A stretch of 62,907 nucleotides of DNA, the filler included, from Octopus bimaculoides (lineage: Eukaryota), in NCBI RefSeq assembly GCF_001194135.2. It is 6 parts of 6 records of this genome, joined end to end, with 100 filler letters (N's around TTAATTAATTAA, not from the genome) between each part and the next. Parts side by side here need not be neighbours in the genome. Positions count along the whole stretch, not along the records: positions 42,726 to 54,204 come from NC_068996.1; positions 54,305 to 57,305 come from NC_068987.1; positions 57,406 to 58,838 come from NC_069007.1; positions 58,939 to 62,907 come from NW_026304464.1; 2 more parts are not named here. One strand, given 5' to 3'. A program made the translations under genes and the position numbers. Each line of letters opens with the position of its first letter. The stretch's first letter is position 1. Positions 53,045 through 62,907 of the stretch are shown in pieces. The notes beneath the pieces are model-generated. The model ran no database searches and had not been told where the DNA came from. It saw only the letters and a list, made by a program, of their open reading frames with translations.

Positions 53045-53456
53045 ATATATATATATATATATGTACATGCATATACATATGCATATATAGTGCGTGTGTA
53101 TGTGTATTCATATCTATTATTACATATTTACACATTATCACATATGCGTATGTATATATACACACATGCATAAATACACATGCATACATACACACGTATA
53201 TAACATACGCATACGCAAATACATGCATAAATAAGCGCATCTACATTTGTGTGTCTGTGTGCGTGTGTGTTTTTGTGTATGTACTCGTATATATTTGTAC
53301 ATACAGTGAGTAATAAATTTTCAATTTAAAACTATATTCATTAAGCAGCTATGTTAATTGCAATTAATCACAGGCCCTATAATGAAATTTTAACGAAAAA
53401 CACAACATGAGAATGGCTGGCATGTCACTCACATACTTGTCACAAATACACACACA

Positions 53457-53503
<47 letters not shown>

Positions 53504-53898
53504 TGCATGTATGTATGTTTTTTATGTATGTATGTATGTATGTATGTATGTATGTTTCTGTGCATAGATATGTATATACGTGTATGTATATGCCTTTTAC
53601 TTACATCAGCCATTGGACTAAAACCATACTGATGCACTCCCTTGAAGATTTTAGTCTAAGAACTCGACTGAAGCACTTATGTTTTTAATTTTGTTTAGTG
53701 AGTCTGGACACATTCAATGGGTTGTTTTGACGAAGCGCATACGAGTTTGTCAGTTTGTCAAGCGGTGGGGAGAGACATACACAGAGACACATAGACACAT
53801 ATATGCGAGTGTGTGTATGTATATATAAATATATATGTGCGTATGTGTGTGTGTGTGTGTGTGTGTAGATATACACCATACATACATATATCATTTAA

Positions 53899-54180
53899 AT
53901 CTTACTCGTTTCAGTTATTAGACTGCGACCATGCTGGGGCACCCCACTGAATAATTTTATTCAATACATATATATTGTAATGGATACTTATTTAATCCGT
54001 ACATTTTGCCGAACCGCACAGTCATGTGGACGTTAACAAAACAACACCAGTTGTCAAGCAGTGCCGGGAGACAAGCACGTTCACAAAGGCACACACACAC
54101 ACACACATATATACGTAGGGCTTCTTGCAGTTTCCATCTACGAAATCCACTTACAAGGCTTTCGTAGTCCTGAAGTTATA
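53899..54180 (-). mobile_element. SINE family A, diverged
   Basis: TTTGCCGAACCGC..CACCAGTTGTCAAGC. Confidence 0.75.
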
Positions 54181-54519
54181 TATATATATATACATATATA
54201 TATANNNNNNNNNNNNNNNNNNNNNNNNNNNNNNNNNNNNNNNNNNNNTTAATTAATTAANNNNNNNNNNNNNNNNNNNNNNNNNNNNNNNNNNNNNNNN
54301 NNNNTTTTTTTTTTTTTTTTTTACATTTGTCCACAGCTCATATGTATATCTTACATATAAAAGTCTAACCTGGCATTTTGCATATTGGGGACTATCTTAT
54401 CTCATGTGCCCTTCTCTTTTAAAGACAATAGGGTGAAATTTAATGACGATTCAGCTACTATTTTCGCTGAACGGATGACCACATAGAAACTCTCTGTTTC
54501 TTTGTGTGCTTGTAGATTC

Positions 54520-54720
54520 TGGCGGTGGCTACAAAAAAGGTGGACCAGATGACCTCGGTCAGAACGTGACAAGTGTTGTTTCTTTGCACTTATTGTTGGA
54601 AGTTTATGACAATTGCTGTGTGAGCAAATAAACTGCGATCAAGACAGATCAATTGGAGATAGTTGCTTCTAATAGGACCCGATGGAAGGGATGCTCGAGG
54701 ACACACCCCTACCCTCATGA
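54520..54720 (+). mobile_element. Probable RTE C-terminal remnant
   Basis: Remnant TDQLEIVASNRTRWKG resembles the RTE terminal A.DR..WR motif. Confidence 0.4.
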
Positions 54721-55256
54721 CTCTGCCAGGAATAAGTGGGCGAAGAATATGAGATGAGAAACCAAACTTTGTACATGAAATAACGCTGAGAAGCTTCCAT
54801 CCTATTTTATTTCTAAACTTTGATTCATTTATCAAAAATGATGACTGATCATGTTTTGTTTTTTATTTTCATCAATTCTAGACATTTTGTCCAGCGATGT
54901 ATTAATTTATTAATAGCGTTAATATCATTGTTATGTAAAACCAAATAATTGATTACAGTTGATTACGATTTATTATTGCGCAATAGCATTTCAGAAACGT
55001 AGCAATGCTTGTCACAAGCCTAACAATTTTGTTGCAACCAAACTCAATGCATTGAAGCGATGACACGGTTTTCATGCCTCTTGATTTCAAATCAAATCAG
55101 TGCAGTTTGCATTGTTATGATTCTTGCAGATTTGCATTTAGCCAAATCAGAATTTTCTTTAACCATTTTCAAAAAAATTCATTTCTAAGTCAGTCTCTTC
55201 GATATTCTTGGTTATACTGTTTTTGTTTCACTATTTCAGGGCTTACAAAAAAATAT

Positions 55257-55533
55257 TTGCAGCGTGGAAGGTGTTTATAAGCCATTTAAGAAACACACAA
55301 AAACCGTTAGATTCACTTCGACGTTTGAATTTAATTTGTCAAAATATTTTCGTCGCTTTGAGACCTCGACCTGTTCACCTACAAATTTCAGATACAGCAC
55401 GGAATTTTGTCAGTGAACAGGTCGAGGTTTCAAAGCAACGAAAATATTTTGGTAAATTAAATTCAAACGTTGAAGTGAATATAACGGTTTTTGTGTGTTT
55501 TTAAATGGCTTATAAACACCTTCTACACTACAA
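55257..55533. mobile_element. Fold-back MITE: arms of about 120 bp, 34-nt spacer
   Basis: 55259-55378 is the near-perfect reverse complement of 55413-55531. Confidence 0.88.
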
Positions 55534-55829
55534 TTGTTTTTGGTAAGCTACAGCCGATGTTGTATCTATCGAACGGTGATCCCAATGGCTTTTAATCTTT
55601 TGGTGATCAAATAATAAAGGTATTGATTACGAAAATTCTGTTTCAAAATTCGTTCACAGCACATAACTTTATTTTTAATTCTTTTCTTGCTTCAGTCATT
55701 GGACTGCAGCCATTCTGAGACACCACTTGGAGGATTTAGTCAGACATATCGACCTCAGTAGTTACTTCTGAAGGCGTCTGAATTCGCTTAAATAATAAAT
55801 TCTAACGTTAACAAACTATTGATATTTTG

Positions 55830-55975
55830 GTAATAATCCTTACTACTATAGACACAAGGCCTTAAATTTTGAGGGATCTCGGTGGAATTTGAACTCAGAA
55901 CGTAAAGATGGACGAAATGCCGCTAAGCATTTTGCTCGGCGAGCGAATGATTCTGCCAGCTTGCATGTAGCCTTA
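55830..55975 (-). mobile_element. SINE family B, internally deleted
   Basis: GGTGGAATTTGAACTCAGAACGTAAAG..TTCTGCCAGCTTG. Confidence 0.75.
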
Positions 55976-56386
55976 TACTTTTGTATTATCAAACAGGTGT
56001 AACGTTCAAGATTGCAAACTAATTCTTAAGATGTGGAAAAAAAAAAGAAAAGAAAAAAGAAGAAAATATTGGATTTTAAACATCCTCTAACATTTTAATG
56101 ACACCTTTAAAAGAACCACTTTGAAAATCAGAAATTCTGAGTCTGCAGGTTTTAAAAATAAAAACATTACTTTCGATTATTTAAAACTGTTATTTCTGTT
56201 CGGATTTATTAAAGATAAAATATAATTACAAAAATATTATACATTTAAAATGCGATCGAAATATATTTTTAGACTAAACAAAATACATTAATACACATTG
56301 AGATGCAAACAAAATATATCTATTGTATAAAGCAAGATATATCGATACATTTGAAATGGAAACGACATGTATTTATAGATTCTTAA

Positions 56387-56441
56387 ATGCAAATGATATG
56401 TGCTCATATGCAAATGATGTATGTGTTTATATGCAAATGAT
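56387..56441 (+). promoter_or_regulatory. Three octamer motifs ATGCAAAT(GAT)
   Basis: Exact matches at 56387, 56408 and 56431. Confidence 0.35.
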
Positions 56442-57405
56442 GGGTTGAATTGGTAGTTATTGTAATCATAAGTTACAGCATAAAATTATAATAATGATAA
56501 TAATAAAAATTATAATTCTTTTATTTACCATGAGGGTGATGAACATTTGGGGAAGGATTTGAGGGGGTAATCTGAAATCATAAGGGGTAGGATGAAATCG
56601 ATTTCAGATTACTCTCGGGGGTAATTTAAGATCTATTTCATCTTACCCCCGGTAATCCGGATGTGGTTTCAAGTTACTGGGAAGTAATCTGAATAGAGTA
56701 ATTCGAAATGGCTACACTGGATATAAAACAAAATGGCATCCACATAATTCGTGCAATGTTCTCAGAACAGAAGTGCCGTAATGGCGGGTTCAAGTGAAAG
56801 ATTTGTTATATATTTTAGTGAGACGGTTGTATTATCAGAGATGAATTCCAGCTGATACTAATAATGTTATAATCGAATCTATTAGCCTTTTTTTTAAATC
56901 GATTGAATGAAGCAAAATATCAGGAAATGACTAACACTTTAGGTTAGTAATGGTTGCTTAGAAAATTTGAGAAAAAAAAAAAAAAAACGAAGAAAACCAA
57001 AACCAAAATTTTTTACAGGATTGAAAAATCTGGCAAATAACAGCAGAAGGTTGTCATTTGTCACGGTAGCCACAAGCAGATGGAGATTCAGTAGTTGAAT
57101 ATTCTTCTTGAATTAATAAAAATAATTGAAGAATATTATTATCTTCAACGTAAATGCATTTGGTATTTTCTTGAACAAAATGCCATCAAGAAATTCTTTT
57201 TTAGTAGCCGAAAGCGTAACACTTAAATCTGGTTAGAAAGCATCAAAGGTCACTTAAGAAGTATTCCAATCAAATTCAAAACAGATTTGTCGGCAATGAT
57301 CTCAANNNNNNNNNNNNNNNNNNNNNNNNNNNNNNNNNNNNNNNNNNNNTTAATTAATTAANNNNNNNNNNNNNNNNNNNNNNNNNNNNNNNNNNNNNNN
57401 NNNNN

Positions 57406-57461
<56 letters not shown>

Positions 57462-57462
57462 G

Positions 57463-57493
<31 letters not shown>

Positions 57494-57789
57494 TGTGTGT
57501 GTGACGCACACTGATACAAGGCTTTATATATATAACTCATGTATTTAAATATCTATGCCTATCTATGTATCTATGTATATATCAGCCTATAAAATTGACA
57601 TCTCACTAATTATATATATTTATCAGTATATAATTATAGAATGTAGCACCCATGCAAATCTATGTGACTGCGTGTATGTATATGTGTGCGTGTATGTAGA
57701 TATTTACTAACGTATATTTTCACGTATGTTGTAATTGATATTATAGTCCTACACGCATAAATACGTACACACCAAATACCTACATATAT

Positions 57790-57827
<38 letters not shown>

Positions 57828-57882
57828 CAACCGACACACATTTACACACACACACACACGCACATAAGCAGCTACACACGCA

Positions 57883-57943
<61 letters not shown>

Positions 57944-58100
57944 CTCTCTCTCTCTATCTCTCTATTTCTCTATCTATCTATCTATCTATCTATATATACA
58001 TATATATGCATATATATATANNNNNNNNNNGTAGAAAACCAAAAAAAATTTGAAAATGACTAACTGAACGAAAAGAAAAACCAAAAACACAATCTTGCTG

Positions 58101-58181
<81 letters not shown>

Positions 58182-58675
58182 ATATATATATATATACAAA
58201 TATACACATATATAAGTGTATATATACGTGTATATATATATACACACACACGCACACAAACACACACGCACACAAACACACTCACACACTCACACATACA
58301 TATATACACGCATTATATATGCATATAACTATATATGTGCGCATACTTATGCATGTATATATATATATATGCATACATATATATACACACACATATATAT
58401 ATACATACATATATATATATATGTGTGTGTATATATATGTATGCATATATATACACATATATATATATACATGCATAAGTATGCGCGCATATATAGTTAT
58501 ATGCATATATAATGCGTGTATATATGTATGTGTGAGTGTGTGTGTTTGTGTGCGTGTGTGTGTATGAGTGTGAGTCTGCGTGCGTGTACATATATTTCTG
58601 CTTGTATGTAGATAACGAACCGAAGAAAGCTTAAAATGGTATCCTGCTATAGTACACATATTTCTTTTCCTAATA

Positions 58676-58744
<69 letters not shown>

Positions 58745-59497
58745 GTAATAATAATTAGCTATTATTATTATTATTATTATTATTATAACAGAAACCATAT
58801 CTGTGGTGAAGGAGATGAAGTTTCCTTGGTGCTATATCNNNNNNNNNNNNNNNNNNNNNNNNNNNNNNNNNNNNNNNNNNNNTTAATTAATTAANNNNNN
58901 NNNNNNNNNNNNNNNNNNNNNNNNNNNNNNNNNNNNNNATATGCATGTATGTATGCAGGTTATGTATGTATATGTATGTCTGTACGTCAATATGAATCAA
59001 GCATGGAATGTGGCTGAGAAGCTGACATTGTATGCCTGCCATTTGAAGATGTTTCCCCAGAACAGTTTTTAAAATATCCCTAGGTAGATTATGCCTTGGG
59101 GGACGATAACAGGTTTGGATCTCTTTACATGCGTTTATGTGTGCATATGTGAATGTGTGTGTGTCTGAGAGTATATGCGTGTGTATTTGTGTTGGGGGTG
59201 AAATCCATTATTTTTGTTTGAATGTTACTGCTCGTCATCAGTCTGGTGTAGCATGACGAGCAAAGACTCAGAAACATGTCCCTGGATGCAGGCCTAGCTG
59301 GGTGGAGGTGCTTGTCTCCCCCTTGTAAATATAAGGACACAGGATTTATTCTGAAAAAACACATGTACCAAGATGCAATTCGAAAAAGCGCGACACTTAC
59401 ATAGATATATATAGGGATAAACAATCTTCTATGTACTAGGCTGGATACACGAGGTGTTCGTTTGGTGTGTTGATTTCTGTTTATTTCTATGTGTCTT

Positions 59498-59570
59498 GAC
59501 CATATTATACTGACGAGCAGAAGTTGCATAATACTGCAATAACTACGAAATTATGATCTATAATTCAGTC
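59498..59570 (+). ncRNA. Type I hammerhead ribozyme; predicted cleavage after C59558
   Basis: All conserved core nucleotides are present. Stem I AUUAUA/UAUAAU plus GAC/GUC; stem II GCAG-AA-GUUGCA/UGCAAU-AA-CUAC; self-complementary stem III AUUAUGAU; AUC triplet. Confidence 0.75.
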
Positions 59571-59691
59571 TGTTTTTAAGGGGTTGGCTTTGAGAGTTGC
59601 ATTTCCTCGTGTTCGGTAAAAATGTGTTTATTATGGTAGTTTGACCTTAGAGTCCGTCATAGCGTGAGGCATTCATGTATAGTAATGCCCT

Positions 59692-59725
<34 letters not shown>

Positions 59726-61332
59726 NNNNNNNNNNNNNNNNNNNNNNNNNNNNNNNNNNNNNNNNNNNNNNNNNNNNNNNNNNNNNNNNNNNNNNNNNNN
59801 NNNNNNNNNNNNNNNNNNNNNNNNNNNNNNNNNNNNNNNNNNNNNNNNNNNNNNNNNNNNNNNNNNNNNNNNNNNNNNNNNNNNNNNNNNNNNNNNNNNN
59901 NNNNNNNNNNNNNNNNNNNNNNNNNNNNNNNNNNNNNNNNNNNNNNNNNNNNNNNNNNNNNNNNNNNNNNNNNNNNNNNNNNNNNNNNNNNNNNNNNNNN
60001 NNNNNNNNNNNNNNNNNNNNNNNNNNNNNNNNNNNNNNNNNNNNNNNNNNNNNNNNNNNNNNNNNNNNNNNNNNNNNNNNNNNNNNNNNNNNNNNNNNNN
60101 NNNNNNNNNNNNNNNNNNNNNNNNNNNNNNNNNNNNNNNNNNNNNNNNNNNNNNNNNNNNNNNNNNNNNNNNNNNNNNNNNNNNNNNNNNNNNNNNNNNN
60201 NNNNNNNNNNNNNNNNNNNNNNNNNNNNNNNNNNNNNNNNNNNNNNNNNNNNNNNNNNNNNNNNNNNNNNNNNNNNNNNNNNNNNNNNNNNNNNNNNNNN
60301 NNNNNNNNNNNNNNNNNNNNNNNNNNNNNNNNNNNNNNNNNNNNNNNNNNNNNNNNNNNNNNNNNNNNNNNNNNNNNNNNNNNNNNNNNNNNNNNNNNNN
60401 NNNNNNNNNNNNNNNNNNNNNNNNNNNNNNNNNNNNNNNNNNNNNNNNNNNNNNNNNNNNNNNNNNNNNNNNNNNNNNNNNNNNNNNNNNNNNNNNNNNN
60501 NNNNNNNNNNNNNNNNNNNNNNNNNNNNNNNNNNNNNNNNNNNNNNNNNNNNNNNNNNNNNNNNNNNNNNNNNNNNNNNNNNNNNNNNNNNNNNNNNNNN
60601 NNNNNNNNNNNNNNNNNNNNNNNNNNNNNNNNNNNNNNNNNNNNNNNNNNNNNNNNNNNNNNNNNNNNNNNNNNNNNNNNNNNNNNNNNNNAAGAAGAAA
60701 AAGAAGAAGAAGAAAGAGAAGAAGAAGAAGAAGAAGAAGAAGAAGAAGAAGAAGGGAAAATACTGCTGGTGATGGCGTTTGTTGACTATGATAAAGATGT
60801 TGGTAAGGAGAACAAGAGGGAGGAGTGATAATGATGATGCTGATGATGATGTAGATTATGATGATGATGATGGTGTATAGTGGTGATGATGATGAGGATG
60901 ATGATGACGATGATGATGATAGTGATGGTAGTGGTGGTGGTGATGTTGGAGGTGTTGGTGGTGGTGGTGGTGGTGTTGGTGGTGGTGGTAGTGGTGATGG
61001 TGGTGATGATGGTGGTGTTCATAATGAAGAGGAAAGAAGTGTAACAATAAACAACTAAACAACTGCAAAAACAACATCAACAACAAACAGCAAACACATC
61101 TAGAACTCTTCGACGAAAAACGAATGCCTAAACGATATTAAGAGGGGAAGAAAAAAAATGTAGAAAATACGAAGGGAGTAGGCGGAGTAGAAAGAGGAGG
61201 GGGAAGAAGAGATAGACGATACATTGTGTTTGAGGAGGGGGAGAAGGAGGAGGAGAAGGAAGAGAAGGAGGATGAAGCTGATAGGGCAAAGAATGATGCG
61301 AAAGAGGAAGAAAGGGGAGGAGGCTTATATAT

Positions 61333-61415
61333 ATTCCCGAGCATCATACTAATATATACTTTTGTTATTTACACCACCTGTCCTCGTCTGTTGTTATTAT
61401 TTGTATATTCTCCCT
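61333..61415 (+). mobile_element. Penelope-like short repeat, partial copy lacking the hammerhead
   Basis: About 85% identical by eye to the reverse complement of 62405-62495. Confidence 0.65.
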
Positions 61416-62411
61416 TATATATATATATATACGTGCCAAAAGTCTCATATTTACATGAGTCTATGTGCGTGATTGTACATCTGTGTATAAGAGTGTGAAA
61501 GACNNNNNNNNNNNNNNNNNNNNNNNNNNNNNNNNNNNNNNNNNNNNNNNNNNNNNNNNNNNNNNNNNNNNNNNNNNNNNNNNNNNNNNNNNNNNNNNNN
61601 NNNNNNNNNNNNNNNNNNNNNNNNNNNNNNNNNNNNNNNNNNNNNNNNNNNNNNNNNNNNNNNNNNNNNNNNNNNNNNNNNNNNNNNNNNNNNNNNNNNN
61701 NNNNNNNNNNNNNNNNNNNNNNNNNNNNNNNNNNNNNNNNNNNNNNNNNNNNNNNNNNNNNNNNNNNNNNNNNNNNNNNNNNNNNNNNNNNNNNNNNNNN
61801 NNNNNNNNNNNNNNNNNNNNNNNNNNNNNNNNNNNNNNNNNNNNNNNNNNNNNNNNNNNNNNNNNNNNNNNNNNNNNNNNNNNNNNNNNNNNNNNNNNNN
61901 NNNNNNNNNNNNNNNNNNNNNNNNNNNNNNNNNNNNNNNNNNNNNNNNNNNNNNNNNNNNNNNNNNNNNNNNNNNNNNNNNNNNNNNNNNNNNNNNNNNN
62001 NNNNNNNNNNNNNNNNNNNNNNNNNNNNNNNNNNNNNNNNNNNNNNNNNNNNNNNNNNNNNNNNNNNNNNNNNNNNNNNNNNNNNNNNNNNNNNNNNNNN
62101 NNNNNNNNNNNNNNNNNNNNNNNNNNNNNNNNNNNNNNNNNNNNNNNNNNNNNNNNNNNNNNNNNNNNNNNNNNNNNNNNNNNNNNNNNNNNNNNNNNNN
62201 NNNNNNNNNNNNNNNNNNNNNNNNNNNNNNNNNNNNNNNNNNNNNNNNNNNNNNNNNNNNNNNNNNNNNNNNNNNNNNNNNNNNNNNNNNNNNNNNNNNN
62301 NNNNNNNNNNNNNNNNNNGTTGTGGGGTGGGGTGTTCTGGCATATTTGTGTGTTGTCGTAGGCAAAATGTCTTTATATGGATATGTATGCATATATATAT
62401 ATATATATATA

Positions 62412-62600
62412 TGGGAGAATGTACGAAAAAAACAACAACAGACGAGGACAGGTGGTGTAAACAACAAAAGGATGTATTAGTATGACGCTCGGGAATACGG
62501 AAAGTCTTTGACGTTTCGAGCTACGCTCTTCAACAGAAAGAATACGGAGACAAGGAGAAAAACACGGAGAAAAAAAATTGAATAGTGTTCGGTCAACGGT
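62412..62600 (-). mobile_element. Penelope-like short repeat, copy 3
   Basis: Same family as 1165 and 15548. Confidence 0.65.
62506..62540 (-). ncRNA. Minimal type I hammerhead-like motif with GUC triplet and variant core
   Basis: CUUU-CUGUUGA-A-GAGC(GUA)GCUC-GAAAC-GUC-AAAG. Confidence 0.55.
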
Positions 62601-62907
62601 CAATCATAATAATGGCTGACCGGAAGTTAGAAATTTTACACAGGAGAGCTATATTTATATATATATATATACGTGCCAAAAGTCTCATATTTACATGAGT
62701 CTATGTGCGTGATTGTACATCTGTGTATAAGAGTGTGAAAGACGAAATGAAGGGAAAAAATGAGAACCCGATAGATATATGCATACGTGAGTGTATCTGT
62801 GTATTTGTATGTGTGTGCCTGTGTATATATGTATATGTGTATAAGGGTATATATGTAAGAGTCTGTCACTACTTATTTCTCCAACTATATATATATATAT
62901 ATATATA

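Noticed and set aside
59228-59260. 10-bp inverted repeat TGCTCGTCAT / ATGACGAGCA with CUGAUGA on the minus strand
   Set aside because: No GAAA or stem II downstream, so not a hammerhead; kept only as context for the motif at 59498.
2653-62467. Long ORFs of 150-400 aa made of X, YI, CV, HT or LS runs
   Set aside because: Read-through of N gaps and dinucleotide/tetranucleotide repeats; no coding signal.

Overview
Eukaryotic, gap-rich draft genomic DNA, very AT- and microsatellite-rich. It is most likely octopus; this is inferred from the SINE families and repeat landscape, not from a database search. Only one protein-coding gene is well supported: a TATA/Inr-driven, two-coding-exon secreted protein with two chitin-binding type-2 (CBM14/peritrophin-A) domains (CDS 481-757 + 3537-3724). 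The rest is intergenic or intronic sequence packed with tRNA-derived SINEs of four families, decayed RTE and R4/Dong LINEs, a fragmented Hsmar1-like (cecropia) mariner, mariner/hAT/piggyBac-type MITEs and fold-back elements. The most notable result is a set of hammerhead-ribozyme motifs from three unrelated sequence contexts, all with a self-complementary (dimer-type) stem III. They are a core-intact type I hammerhead at 59498-59570, three Penelope-type minimal hammerheads with a non-canonical pyrimidine at core position 6 (1242-1277, 15611-15646, 62506-62540), and a core-intact motif with a broken stem I at 51669-51733. Almost all ORFs in the supplied track are microsatellite or N-gap artefacts.
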